Below are positions 1 to 12,364 of a stretch of 64,000 nt of DNA, in pieces; positions within the stretch are counted from its first letter, which is position 1, and each line of letters starts with the position of its first letter. Both the position numbers and the translations under genes were made by a program. The notes beneath the pieces are model-generated. The model was not told where the DNA came from. It searched no databases and saw only the letters and a program-made list of their open reading frames with translations. Origin of the DNA: Clostridiales bacterium (GTDB taxonomy: Bacteria; Bacillota; Clostridia; Christensenellales; CAG-314); contig JAFLVJ010000005.1 in NCBI GenBank assembly GCA_022508375.1, positions 5,004 through 69,003 on the forward strand, written 5' to 3'.

Positions 1-63
1 ATGCTTTACCTTCGATAAAAAGTTATTTATCGTAATGTCGGCTTTTTCCTGTTCTGTATTCAT
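1..63 (-). CDS. N-terminal fragment of the gene downstream of recJ (possibly RelA/SpoT family), runs off the window edge
   Basis: ATG at 63-61 overlaps the recJ stop (ATGA); reads MNTEQEKADITINNFLSKVKH. The identity is only a synteny guess (recJ-apt-relA in Bacillota). Confidence 0.35.
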   Translation of the reverse strand, partial: MNTEQEKADITINNFLSKVKH

Positions 64-2318
64 TGTTCACCGCAACTTTTTTGAAATGTTCTAAAAATAG
101 ACGAATTTGACAGATCCTGCTTGACAGACGTGTCAAACTTAACGCTGTAGTTATCAACAATGGCGATAAGCTTCAACTCCTCAAAGACCCGAAGCGCCAC
201 AACGTACTGCGCATACGACAAGGAATTTGCCAGATACTTATCGTAAACGCCCTTTATACTATCGAACTTGTCCTTGCGCTTCAATGCTTGATACACCTTC
301 AAACAAACGTCCCGTGCAAGTTCAAGGTCATACAAATCGGAGTTGGCAGGTGTAACCTCGAAATATTTGGTACCGTGAGGAAGCTTTCTGACGATTCCTT
401 TGCGGGAAAATGCAACAACGTTGGAATATCTGTCAAAACAGTAATTTCCAAGCGGGGAAACGACAACTGTTTTGTTTGCTACGCTGTTATCGAAGAATAC
501 ATCCACATAAAAGTCGGTCAAGTCATATTTGTCACAATATGCTAAATACGTTTCGTAGTCGTCAAAGGCAACAATTACGCTTTCCATTGCCAAAACTTTG
601 TTGATGTCATGCACGTCATCAAACCGTATATCGTCCGTGACAAAGTTTTTGAGCAAATTTAAACGGTAAAACTCGTCAAAACATACCGAGTTGCACAACG
701 TAAAGTCTTCAATAATACCGCAAATCTTTTTGGAATAATTGTCAACTTCCAGCGAACACAGCAAGTCAACGTTTGCACCATTGCGAATAAAGGGCGCGTA
801 AACGCCATATTTGAAAAAGCCCTTTACTTCCAATCCCCTAGACAGCGTTACGGATAAGTGAGCGTCATCCTTACCAAATGCATTGGCGAATTTCACACTA
901 TCGGTTACACGGCAAATTATTTTGTCCTGAGGCAAAAGCGGCTGTAATTGCTGAGTGATATCCATTACTTCCGTTACGTCACAGTCATTGCCTAAATCTA
1001 TGTCGTAGTAGAAAACTTTTTCAAAAAGCGTTGCGTCAAGTGCTCCAAGCGCGCTTGCCATTGCTTGACGAAAGTCGTTTAAGCAATCCTTTGCAACACT
1101 AAAGCCCACAGACGCTTTGTGTCCGCCGTATCTTAATAAATGTTGCTTGCACTGTGTAAATAAGTCAAATAAATCCAGTGTTTCAATACCGCGCGCAGAA
1201 CCTACGTATTCGTCGCCATCCAACGTCATAACAATTGCAGGCAATTTATACTTTTCCTTATAGCGCGAAGCCACAATTCCAAGCAATCCGTGTTGCCATG
1301 TGTCGCTGTACAAAAACACCATTCTTTCACGGGCAATAGTTTTGGCGTTGCACATTTCGTCTGACTGAATGGTAATTTCATCCAAAATACGCTTGCGCTG
1401 ATCGTTAAGCTCCAACAATTTGTTGATTTGTACGCTATCGGCTTTGTCGCGACATAGCAAGACTGACAAAGCAACTTGCGGCAAACCGACACGGCCTGCA
1501 GCATTGATTTTCGGTACGATTCGCATGGAAATATCATTTACGTTTAGCTCTGTCGAGCAATTGGACAGTTCGGCAAGCTTTTGAATACTTTTGTGTCCGC
1601 GGTTAGATAACCCTAACTTAACGATACTACGGTTTTCGTCCTGCATGGGCATGATATCGCCAATGGTGCCGATACAAGCCAAGTCACTATATTTAGCAGC
1701 GACTTCCCTACCGGCTAATGCTTCTACCAGTTTCCACGCCACTCCCGCTCCGGCAAGATACGGAAATGGATAGCCTAGCTTAGGATTTACGCAAATGCAA
1801 TCGGGCAATACTTCGGGCAATTCGTGGTGATCGGTTACTATTACTTCCACTCCTAGCTCGTTTACAATCTTTTGCACTTCGGCGGCATTGGATATACCGC
1901 AGTCAACGGTTATCAGCAAATCGTAAAAATTGTTTTCAAACGCGCGAAAGACATTTTCGGCGTGAAGTCCGTACCCTTCATCACGTGTGGGTATAATTAC
2001 ATCATTATCCACGCCATTATCGGAAAAATACAACGACAGTATGCTTGCCGCCGTTAGTCCGTCGGCGTCGTAGTCTCCGTAGATTAGTACACTTCCACCA
2101 CAATCTATTACTTCGTTTATAGTATCGACAGCTTCGCGCATGTTAGACATCTCAAACGGAGAATGAAAAGTCAACTGTCCCGAAAAGTCGTCAAAAGTAT
2201 CCTCGTTGATTCCACGTGCAGACAAGGCTTCCGCAATATGTTGCGAAAACCCTTTATCTATCAAAAATTCGACGCTTTTGACGTCCGCAGGCGGGCGTTT
2301 TACAAATCTGTTTTTCAT
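60..2318 (-). CDS. recJ: single-stranded DNA exonuclease RecJ
   Basis: YGDYDADG, TVDCGI, TDHH, GTIGD, PKINAAGR, GSARG and GGHKAS DHH/DHHA1 motifs; long C-terminal extension. Confidence 0.95.
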   Translation of the reverse strand: MKNRFVKRPPADVKSVEFLIDKGFSQHIAEALSARGINEDTFDDFSGQLTFHSPFEMSNMREAVDTINEVIDCGGSVLIYGDYDADGLTAASILSLYFSDNGVDNDVIIPTRDEGYGLHAENVFRAFENNFYDLLITVDCGISNAAEVQKIVNELGVEVIVTDHHELPEVLPDCICVNPKLGYPFPYLAGAGVAWKLVEALAGREVAAKYSDLACIGTIGDIMPMQDENRSIVKLGLSNRGHKSIQKLAELSNCSTELNVNDISMRIVPKINAAGRVGLPQVALSVLLCRDKADSVQINKLLELNDQRKRILDEITIQSDEMCNAKTIARERMVFLYSDTWQHGLLGIVASRYKEKYKLPAIVMTLDGDEYVGSARGIETLDLFDLFTQCKQHLLRYGGHKASVGFSVAKDCLNDFRQAMASALGALDATLFEKVFYYDIDLGNDCDVTEVMDITQQLQPLLPQDKIICRVTDSVKFANAFGKDDAHLSVTLSRGLEVKGFFKYGVYAPFIRNGANVDLLCSLEVDNYSKKICGIIEDFTLCNSVCFDEFYRLNLLKNFVTDDIRFDDVHDINKVLAMESVIVAFDDYETYLAYCDKYDLTDFYVDVFFDNSVANKTVVVSPLGNYCFDRYSNVVAFSRKGIVRKLPHGTKYFEVTPANSDLYDLELARDVCLKVYQALKRKDKFDSIKGVYDKYLANSLSYAQYVVALRVFEELKLIAIVDNYSVKFDTSVKQDLSNSSIFRTFQKSCGEQ

Positions 2319-2336
2319 ACTTAAACAAATAGTATA

Positions 2337-2361
2337 ACAGCCTTCTAGTTTAGAAGGCTGT
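2337..2361 (-). terminator. hairpin after the SecD/F-like gene, abutting the recJ -10 box
   Basis: ACAGCCTTCTA-GTT-TAGAAGGCTGT inverted repeat. Confidence 0.55.
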
Positions 2362-2380
2362 GTGTTTCTTTTGATTTATG

Positions 2381-3667
2381 TTATTTTTTCGCTGGGCTTT
2401 TCTTGCCTTGTTTCTCATATGATGGTTCGCCAACCACAGCAAACAATCTGTTCATGCAGAATGTTACGAGGAATGACAACACTGCACCATAAACAAATAC
2501 GCATCCAAGCGGAGTGGTTACGATACTGGGAATTACCCAAAGGATAATGCCAAGTACAAGCAACGCGCCGTGAGCAATTAAACTGACAATCATCGTATCC
2601 TTGAAAGCCGTGTGTTTAGCCCACGTGAAGGTTTTGCCTTCTGCCATTGCGGAACGAATCTTATCAAATACGTAAACCGTAAAGAAAGTCATGAAGCAGT
2701 AAGCCAACAGTGCGCCGATAGCAGCTGCAAGGTTGAATATTTCAATGTGAACAAGTCCTGCAAAGATTGTGAACAGAACTACCGCGCAAGCTTGCCAAAC
2801 CATTGGAACAATACCAAGCACCTTATAACGAACGGCAAAGAACACAAGCGAAGCAAGAACTACAATTCCAAGAACAAGAAGATAAACCCAAGCGGTATTA
2901 TTTTCCTTTTCTACAAGTTTACCGTCAAGCGTCAACGTAGCGCCCAATGTATCGGTGTTAATGTAACTTGCAAGAACCTTTGCACTTTCCTTGCTTTGAT
3001 CTACGTCATTAAAAGCGTAGGTTATTTGAAGTTCCGAACCGGTATAGTAAACCCAAGTGTTAACTTCACCGTCAACTGCGCAGGTGTAGGGAGTGCTTGT
3101 AACCAATTCATCGGCAGCAATCTTTGCACCGTCTTTAGTCAGTCTGACTCTGCAAACGTAAAGCGTCGTTTCGCCGTTGATATAACTTCTTACACTTGCG
3201 CGCTTGAAATGCTCATTGGACAAAACTACACTATCTTCCGAGTATGATGCGCTTGTATAGTTGGTGCTGAGAATTTCCACCTTACCGTTTACAAGAATCT
3301 TGGAAAGAATATTTTTTGCGGAAGAATTAGCTTCATTGTTTGTTTTGGGGATAACTACCTTTACTAAGCCATCGTCTTTGTTATAATCGACCTTTACGCC
3401 GTAGTAACCGTAGGCTTTTCTGAGACGGGCATTGATTATGCTTTGCGCGTCGAAAGATTCAACGTCCTCATCTAACTCTACCAGATACGTTGCCGTAACA
3501 GTGTCGGTTAAAAGATTACTTTTTTGAATCAATCCAACGGGCGAATGATAAATGTTGTATTCACCGACAGCAAAATCGGGAATAAAGCTGAAAACGCCCA
3601 AAAACAGTGTAATCACGCATATCACGCTCAAAAGCACGATAGCAAGTATTTTTTTCGTCATTGTCAT
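2381..3667 (-). CDS. SecD/SecF-like membrane protein (divergent)
   Basis: N-terminal TM, large extracytoplasmic domain, five C-terminal TMs, FDKIR resembling SecD FERIRE / SecF FDRIRE; position between yajC and recJ; start moved to ATG 3667 behind AAGGAG. Confidence 0.7.
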   Translation of the reverse strand: MTMTKKILAIVLLSVICVITLFLGVFSFIPDFAVGEYNIYHSPVGLIQKSNLLTDTVTATYLVELDEDVESFDAQSIINARLRKAYGYYGVKVDYNKDDGLVKVVIPKTNNEANSSAKNILSKILVNGKVEILSTNYTSASYSEDSVVLSNEHFKRASVRSYINGETTLYVCRVRLTKDGAKIAADELVTSTPYTCAVDGEVNTWVYYTGSELQITYAFNDVDQSKESAKVLASYINTDTLGATLTLDGKLVEKENNTAWVYLLVLGIVVLASLVFFAVRYKVLGIVPMVWQACAVVLFTIFAGLVHIEIFNLAAAIGALLAYCFMTFFTVYVFDKIRSAMAEGKTFTWAKHTAFKDTMIVSLIAHGALLVLGIILWVIPSIVTTPLGCVFVYGAVLSFLVTFCMNRLFAVVGEPSYEKQGKKSPAKK

Positions 3668-4023
3668 AGTGAGTCTCCTTGACATTTTGCCTATTTTAAC
3701 CACTATATTATAATAGTAGTTAACAAATTAGTCAATTGATTTTCAGTTTTTTTCGACAGTTTAAATTAAGTAAATGAAAATATATAAAATATAACACTTA
3801 TTTTAATATAATATCTTTTTAACTTATCAAAGCGTTGAATCTTAAAATATAACTAAAGATTACCTAAAAGACTGTAAAGTTAAGTCAAATACGAGTTTTT
3901 AATAGATAAACCAAAAGGAAACAGCATGGATAATTGCTCTGCACTGTTTCCTTGCTCGGAGCGCATATCTCACGTTGTTTCCTTTTGAATAAATTGTATT
4001 TACAGGGATTAAAACTTTAGCAA

Positions 4024-4398
4024 CTATGCAGATCTACGGCTCTTGATGATACCGATTACTGCAGCAACAACCAAAGCTATAGCAAGGTCAAGTGCAATCT
4101 GACCGATGTTGAACGATCCGCCCATGATAGCAAACAGTGCAAATGACAAAAGCCAAAATATTACCGCACCGATGAGTGACTTCAGCAAATATTTTTCGTC
4201 CTTAACCGATATTATGGTGCCTATTGCCACTGCAATAACCTTCAAAACCTGATTGATAATGGGCAGAATGTTGTTACCGATATTGCATAGTTTGGCAATT
4301 AAAGCCAATACGAGCACTCCAATACAGGAGAACACCAACGACAATATACCTGCTTTCAACGACTGCAAAATAGTAGATTTTCTAACACTCGCTTCCAT
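4024..4398 (-). CDS. small 4-TM membrane protein, TIGR04086-like
   Basis: 124 aa, four hydrophobic segments, directly downstream of yajC as usual in Clostridia. Confidence 0.7.
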   Translation of the reverse strand: MEASVRKSTILQSLKAGILSLVFSCIGVLVLALIAKLCNIGNNILPIINQVLKVIAVAIGTIISVKDEKYLLKSLIGAVIFWLLSFALFAIMGGSFNIGQIALDLAIALVVAAVIGIIKSRRSA

Positions 4399-4454
4399 AA
4401 AAAAACCTCCGAATGGTACTAAATTCTATTCGGAGATTTTTGTATTTATGTCAA

Positions 4455-4850
4455 CTATTTAATTTCGTCCACTTCGTCGTCGCCGGACTTTTTAACTTGA
4501 GCTTCAGCTTCCGGACTTCCGGGAGCGGGCGCTATTGAGTGGATTGCCTGACGGACAAATTGCATTGTAGTTTTGTTATCTGCCGTACCTGTTGCAATCC
4601 AAACATGAGTGTCATCCATTTCTACAACTTCGCCGACAATCCCGCCAATTGTTGTTACAGTGCTACCCACCGAAAGATGGGACATCATTTCTTCTGCGCG
4701 TTTCTTTTGTCTTTTTTGCGGAATAATCATCAGCAAAATAAATCCGACGAAAAGAACTCCGAGGATAATCCACATTACCCAACTTGGCAAACCGCCGCCA
4801 CCTTCTGCGCCGGATTCAGCTGGTTCAAAAAAGTTTAATAAATTTAGCAT
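4455..4850 (-). CDS. yajC: preprotein translocase subunit YajC
   Basis: TM then PQKRQKK and VTTIGGIVGEV motifs; ATG 4850 behind AAGGAG. Confidence 0.92.
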   Translation of the reverse strand: MLNLLNFFEPAESGAEGGGGLPSWVMWIILGVLFVGFILLMIIPQKRQKKRAEEMMSHLSVGSTVTTIGGIVGEVVEMDDTHVWIATGTADNKTTMQFVRQAIHSIAPAPGSPEAEAQVKKSGDDEVDEIK

Positions 4851-4938
4851 AATTATCTCCTTTGAGCATTTTATATATACATTATATCCAACTTTACACA
4901 AAAAAGCAATAGAAAAATTTACAAGTTACAGTTGTTTA

Positions 4939-7071
<2,133 letters not shown>

Positions 7072-7082
<11 letters not shown>

Positions 7083-8124
7083 CTTTATCTTCACTGTCCA
7101 CGTAGATGGACAACATTTCCATGCGTTCTTTGGATATTTTTCTGCCCAGATGTTTGTAGGCGTTGGGCATGCAAACGCGTCCGCGAGGCGTACGCGCAAT
7201 AAAGCCGAGTTGCAGCAAGTACGGCTCGTAAACGTCCTCGATTGTTGCAGTATCTTCACCCGTGGCAGACGCAAGTGTGTCAAGCCCTACAGGACCGCCA
7301 CTGAATTTATCGATGATTGTGGTGAGGATATTGGTATCCACAGCATCCAAGCCCAGTTCGTCCACTTCCATTACGTTCATGGCGTTGAGCGTTACATCGT
7401 AGGTAACCTTTCCGTCTGCAAGCACGTCGGCAAAGTCGCGAACTCGCTTAAGTAACCTATTTGCAATACGTGGTGTTCCGCGACTTCTGCGCGCTATTTC
7501 GTATGCGGCTTTTTCATCGATGACCGTACCGAGTTTCTTGGCAGATTTCAATACTATTCCCGTTAGTTGTTCGGGAGTATATAGTACGAGGCGCATTTGC
7601 ACACCAAATCTATCGCGCAAGGGCGCAGCCAAATTGCCCGCCTTAGTCGTTGCACCGATAAGAGTAAACTTTTCCAACTTGATATTGACGCTTGTTGCGC
7701 TGGGACCTTTACCCACCACGAAGTCAAGTCGATAGTCTTCCATTGCGGGGTAAAGAATTTCTTCCAGACTGCTGTTTAAACGGTGTATCTCGTCAATAAA
7801 CAGCACTTCGTTAGGTTTAAGTTTGGAAAGTATCGCCGACAAGTCGAACTTGCCGGGAATTGCCGATCCGCTTGTAACTGTAATGGGTACTCCCATTTCG
7901 TTAGCGATAATGTGCGCAAGTGTAGTTTTGCCCAGACCGGGAGGACCGTACAGCAATACGTGATCCAAACTTTCACCACGCGACAAAGCCGCCTTGATAT
8001 ACACGGACATGTTTTGCTTAACCTTATCTTGACCTACATAGTCTTCAAAACTCTTAGGACGAAGGATATTTTCCGTGTCGCGCTCTTTTTCCATCAATGT
8101 ACTTGTAAACAGTTGTTGATCCAT
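7072..8124 (-). CDS. ruvB: Holliday junction helicase RuvB
   Basis: [30 protein letters not shown]. Confidence 0.97.
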
Positions 8125-8141
8125 ATTTTAACCTAAAATTA

Positions 8142-8735
8142 CTAGTTAATTCTAAATGCCATGTTAATAAGTTCTTCGGTAGTTGACGCGCCAAGCTGAG
8201 CAGCCGCTTCGATAAGTTTCTGCGCGTCTGCCTGACTCTTACCCAACGAGCAAAGAACTGCAATAGCGTTGCTCATTTCCTTATTGATTTGCATATCAGG
8301 ATTTTGCGTGATGGGCAACACCATGTCTTTTGCTTCTACGACGACCTTTTCCTTCAATTCCAACACAAGACGTTCGGCAGTTTTTTTGCCCAGTCCCTTC
8401 ACCTTGGTAAGCAGGCGAATATCACCGTTGAATATTGCCGCAGCCAAGCTGTTGCAGTCCATTCCCGTCAAAATGGATTGCGCAACCTTGCAACCGATAC
8501 CGGAAACGGAAATCAAATGCAAAAACATTGCCTTTTCTTCCAAAGTAGAAAAACCGAACAGAGAAATGTCGTCCTCCTTAACGGACATGTAGGTGTACAA
8601 GCGTTGCCTCTTGCCAATTTGACAATCCGCCATTGTGTAACCGGATACGGACAATTCAAAGCCCACTCCGTTGATGTCCACAACAACGAAGCCGTTTCCA
8701 AGTTCGACTATTTCGCCACAAATGTAATTAAACAT
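8142..8735 (-). CDS. ruvA: Holliday junction branch migration protein RuvA
   Basis: OB fold start, LFGF, VSGIG and VKGLGKKTAERL HhH motifs. Confidence 0.95.
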   Translation of the reverse strand: MFNYICGEIVELGNGFVVVDINGVGFELSVSGYTMADCQIGKRQRLYTYMSVKEDDISLFGFSTLEEKAMFLHLISVSGIGCKVAQSILTGMDCNSLAAAIFNGDIRLLTKVKGLGKKTAERLVLELKEKVVVEAKDMVLPITQNPDMQINKEMSNAIAVLCSLGKSQADAQKLIEAAAQLGASTTEELINMAFRIN

Positions 8736-8824
8736 ATTTCACCATTATTATATGTACTTATGATTTAATTGATGGGTAAAGCAACTAAAAACGCAAATAC
8801 TGTTGTTTAAGTTGTTAAAAGACA

Positions 8825-9325
8825 CTATTTTATATAAAATTTGTCTGTTAGTCCGCCCGTTTGAATGTGCGTTAATGCAACGGCAAGCGCATCGGCTGCA
8901 TCGTCGGGTTTGGGCACCTTTTGCAAGCCGAGAAATACCTTTACCATTTCCTGAATTTGCTTTTTGTCCGCCCTACCGTAGCCTGTCATTGCCTGCTTTA
9001 TCTGCAAGGGAGTATATTCGTATAATTTACCGCAGTGATGAACGGCTGCAAGTAGCAAAACACCCCTTGCATGCGCAACGTTAATTCCGGTAGTAATGTT
9101 GGTATTGAAAAACAATTCCTCTGCGGCTATTTCGTCCGGTTTGTACTTTGCAATCAGTTCGGTCACTGCCTGATAAATCAAGGCAAGGCGTACGGGAAAA
9201 CTCTCATCCTTGGGTGTGTTTATTACGCCGTAATCCACAACCGTTTTGTGGTTGAAATCATCGAAGTCCAGCACGCCGTAACCCACTATTGCAAGTCCCG
9301 GGTCGAAGCCAATAACTCTCTTCAT
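8825..9325 (-). CDS. ruvC: crossover junction endodeoxyribonuclease RuvC
   Basis: IGFDPG, EELFF, GYGRADK, DDAADALA; start trimmed to MKRVIG. Confidence 0.95.
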   Translation of the reverse strand: MKRVIGFDPGLAIVGYGVLDFDDFNHKTVVDYGVINTPKDESFPVRLALIYQAVTELIAKYKPDEIAAEELFFNTNITTGINVAHARGVLLLAAVHHCGKLYEYTPLQIKQAMTGYGRADKKQIQEMVKVFLGLQKVPKPDDAADALAVALTHIQTGGLTDKFYIK

Positions 9326-9443
9326 ATATTCACCTATTATCCTATTATATACTATAATGCAATACCGCTCAAAAGTCAAGTGAAACAAAAAAGACACGTC
9401 TTGCAACGTGTCTTTAAAAACAGCATAAAATATTACGGTATTA

Positions 9444-10181
9444 TTACTCGTCCTCGTCGGGAAGCACTACGTTATGATAAACTTCCTGAACGTCGTCGTT
9501 GTCTTCGAGTAAATCCAACATCCTTTGAAAACGGGTAAGATTTTCGCCGTCGAGTGTAATCATGTTTTGAGGAATCCACTCCATTTCTGCCGATACAAGG
9601 TTGAGTCCCTTGGCAACTACTGCGTCGCGAACTGCGCCAAGCATTGACACATCGCAGGTCATCTCCACCATTCCGTCCTCAACGGACACGTCGTCTGCAC
9701 CGGCTTCGATCGCCAACTCAAACGCCGTATCGTCGTTTAACCCAATTGTGTTTTCTGCGACTACAACGCCACGTCTGTCGAACATATAGCTTACGCAGTT
9801 TGTACCGCCAAGGTTACCGCCACACTTGTCAAACGCGTGACGAACGTCACCAGCTGTACGGTTCTTGTTGTCAGTAAGACATTCAACTATAACTGCGCTA
9901 CCGCCGATACCGTAACCTTCGTAAGTGATTTCCACATAGTCAACCGTTGACAACTCACCGCTCGCTTTCTTGATGCTACGTTGAATGTTGTCGTTAGGCA
10001 TGTTGTTTGCTTTTGCCTTTTGAATGATATCGTACAGCTTGCTGTTGGAATTGGGATCTGCTCCGCCCGCCTTAACAGCAACAGCAATTTCACGACCGAT
10101 TTTTGTAAAAATCTTAGAGCGAGCTGCGTCGCCCTTTGCCTTTTTGTTTTTAATATTATTCCATTTGCTATGACCGGACAT
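9444..10181 (-). CDS. YebC/PmpR family protein
   Basis: MSGHSKW, YEGYG, TDNKNRT, DDVQEVYHN. Confidence 0.95.
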   Translation of the reverse strand: MSGHSKWNNIKNKKAKGDAARSKIFTKIGREIAVAVKAGGADPNSNSKLYDIIQKAKANNMPNDNIQRSIKKASGELSTVDYVEITYEGYGIGGSAVIVECLTDNKNRTAGDVRHAFDKCGGNLGGTNCVSYMFDRRGVVVAENTIGLNDDTAFELAIEAGADDVSVEDGMVEMTCDVSMLGAVRDAVVAKGLNLVSAEMEWIPQNMITLDGENLTRFQRMLDLLEDNDDVQEVYHNVVLPDEDE

Positions 10182-10193
10182 AATAACCTCCGT

Positions 10194-10934
10194 TTATTTA
10201 CAGTTTTGTGAATAAATTTGATACATTATCACACTACCAGCTACTGCAACGTTCAAAGATTCGAAACCGTTTTCCATAGGAAGCGCCACCGTCCTGGTTG
10301 CATGGGTAAGCGAGTAATCGGACAAGCCGTTACCTTCGTTACCGAGTATCAGCGCAACACGCTTATCAAATCGTGTAGAAAATACGTTACTTCCTTCCAT
10401 ATGCGCCGAAACTTTTTCCGTATCGCTTAGCGTTGCGAAAGCCTTTTCGATACTGTCCAACTCGTGTAACCTAATGCAGAAATGCGCCGACATCGCCGAA
10501 CGGATAACCTTGGGCGAATATAAATCAACACAGTTTACTGCGTAAATATCAGTAAAGCCGCATGCAACCGCCGTACGGATGAGCGTACCGACGTTACCGG
10601 GGTCCTGCAATCCGTCCAACACAAGACAGTTGCCTGTTGGTTTGGTAAGTTGGCTTGCGGACTTCTCCACAACGGCAAGCACGCCTTGACTGTTTACCGT
10701 GTCGCACATTTTTGCAAAAACTCTGTCCGACACGACCGTTTGATTGTCGTAAGCATACTCCTGAGCGTTACTTTCCCTGACATACACACTTACAACTTTT
10801 GCTCCGTGCTTTATCGCGTCAGACACAAGTTTCGCGCCCTCGATAACGTAGCGATTTGTTAATCTGCGATACTTTTTATCCGATAACTTGGTTACTTCCA
10901 CTATTTTTGAGTTGGTAAGCGAACTGATAACCAT
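10194..10934 (-). CDS. TrmH/SpoU family RNA methyltransferase
   Basis: LDGLQDPGNVGTLIR, GNEGNG and ESLNVAVA SPOUT motifs. Confidence 0.92.
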   Translation of the reverse strand: MVISSLTNSKIVEVTKLSDKKYRRLTNRYVIEGAKLVSDAIKHGAKVVSVYVRESNAQEYAYDNQTVVSDRVFAKMCDTVNSQGVLAVVEKSASQLTKPTGNCLVLDGLQDPGNVGTLIRTAVACGFTDIYAVNCVDLYSPKVIRSAMSAHFCIRLHELDSIEKAFATLSDTEKVSAHMEGSNVFSTRFDKRVALILGNEGNGLSDYSLTHATRTVALPMENGFESLNVAVAGSVIMYQIYSQNCK

Positions 10935-10951
10935 CAAATTACCTCGTAAAG

Positions 10952-10984
10952 CAAAAAGAGCCTCGTGTAAGCTTTACGAGGCTC
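10952..10984 (-). terminator. intrinsic terminator after rplT
   Basis: GAGCCTCGT...ACGAGGCTC stem with a U-tract on the minus strand. Confidence 0.7.
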
Positions 10985-10993
10985 GTTTACGCA

Positions 10994-11347
10994 TTAGTTC
11001 AAGTGAGCTTTTGCCGTCTCTGCAAGTTGAGCAAAAGTTGCTGCGTCGCTTACTGCGATTTCTGCCAAGGACTTTCTGTTGAGGTCGATATTAGCAACCT
11101 TCAAGCCGTGCATAAGCTTGCTGTAGGACAAACCGTTAGCATGAGCTGCTGCGTTGATACGGGCAATCCAAAGGCTACGCATATCACGTTTGCGAAGACG
11201 TCTGCCTACATATGCGTATTGACCGCTCTTCATAACCGCTTGACGAGCAATACGGTAGTTGGTGGATTTAAGACCAAAGTAACCCTTGGCCGCTTTAAGT
11301 ATCTTTCTGCGTTTTTTAACTGCGTTTACACCACGTTTAATTCTCAT
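10994..11347 (-). CDS. rplT: 50S ribosomal protein L20
   Basis: [28 protein letters not shown]. Confidence 0.98.
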   Translation of the reverse strand: MRIKRGVNAVKKRRKILKAAKGYFGLKSTNYRIARQAVMKSGQYAYVGRRLRKRDMRSLWIARINAAAHANGLSYSKLMHGLKVANIDLNRKSLAEIAVSDAATFAQLAETAKAHLN

Positions 11348-11362
11348 GACTCAACCCTCCTC

Positions 11363-11557
11363 TTAGTACGGCAACATGCTCTTGATAGTTCCTTCTTGCG
11401 TCTTGTTGACGTAAGCGGTACTGCGCAGATTGCGTGTTCTCTTGGTTGTCTTTTTGCCAAGCTTGTGGTTCTTGTTGCATTGAGCGCGCTTTACTTTGCC
11501 GCTTTTAAGTACGACAAATCTTTTCTTGGATGCGCTATGCGATTTTTGTTTAGGCAT
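11363..11557 (-). CDS. rpmI: 50S ribosomal protein L35
   Basis: MPKQKSH..KKRF, basic 64 aa, between infC and rplT. Confidence 0.96.
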   Translation of the reverse strand: MPKQKSHSASKKRFVVLKSGKVKRAQCNKNHKLGKKTTKRTRNLRSTAYVNKTQEGTIKSMLPY

Positions 11558-11588
11558 ATATTTGTCCTCCAATGATAAATTTACGTGT

Positions 11589-12095
11589 TTATTTTAACGG
11601 TGATAAAAACATTGTAATGTTTCTGCCTTCCGTTACAGGCTGTTTGTCGATTTTGGCAACGTCAACTAAAATCTCGGCGAATTTGTTCATTACGTCTATA
11701 CCTTGATTTGCATACGCTTGTTGTCTTCCACGCATACGTATTGACGCCTTCACCTTGTTGCCGTCCTTGAGAAACTTGCGCGCCATGTTGGCCTTAGTAT
11801 TGAGGTCGCCAACGTCAATAGTCATCGAAAGCCACACTTCCTTGATTTCGATAACCTTTTGGTTACGCTTCATTTCCTTTTCTTTTTTGTTTTGTTCGTA
11901 CTTGTACTTGCTGTAGTCCATCAACTTGCATACGGGCGGTTGTGACGTAGGCGAAATTTTTACCATGTCCAATCCTTGCTCGTCAGCAATCTTTTGACCT
12001 TCATACGCAGATACAATACCGTACTGTTGGCCATCACTTCCAATAAGTCGAATTTCCTTGTCTCTGATTTGACCGTTGATTTGAAGTTCTTTAAT
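11589..12095 (-). CDS. infC: translation initiation factor IF-3 (ATT start)
   Basis: INGQIR, PPVCKLMDYSKY, GNKVK..RGRQ; GGAGG then 8 nt then in-frame ATT at 12095, the known autoregulatory infC start. Confidence 0.95.
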   Translation of the reverse strand: MKELQINGQIRDKEIRLIGSDGQQYGIVSAYEGQKIADEQGLDMVKISPTSQPPVCKLMDYSKYKYEQNKKEKEMKRNQKVIEIKEVWLSMTIDVGDLNTKANMARKFLKDGNKVKASIRMRGRQQAYANQGIDVMNKFAEILVDVAKIDKQPVTEGRNITMFLSPLK

Positions 12096-12111
12096 AAGTG
12101 TGTCCTCCCAA

Positions 12112-12245
12112 ACAAATAAAAAATGTGGTATCAAACATAATACCACACAACAATAGACTACGCGCATATACGCGTGTAACTTTCTATTAGATGACCGACA
12201 AACTCAATTATCTGGCGGTGAGAAACTGGTATTTCTGCTTGATTA
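12112..12245 (-). ncRNA. ribosomal protein L20 leader
   Basis: Minus strand AAGCAGAAATACCAGTTTCTCACC resembles the Bacillota L20 leader; ends in a TGTGGTA..TACCACA-U7 terminator before infC; TTGACA-18-TACACT promoter upstream. Confidence 0.8.
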
Positions 12246-12321
12246 CGTGAGTTAGTGTATCACATTATAAGCATTTTTGTCAACACTTTTTACAAATTTA
12301 TTGAAAATACACTAATAATGC

Positions 12322-12353
12322 TAGGTGATTGCGAGAAATTTCTCGCAATCACC
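12322..12353 (-). terminator. palindromic hairpin after thrS
   Basis: AGGTGATTGCGAGAAATTTCTCGCAATCACCT. Confidence 0.65.
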
Positions 12354-12364
12354 TGCTGTACTGA

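Noticed and set aside
2612-3247. 211-aa plus-strand ORF, and similar antisense ORFs (11003-11575, 12521-13174, 26901-27572, 51318-51938)
   Set aside because: They are shadows of well-supported minus-strand genes and show no recognisable motifs.
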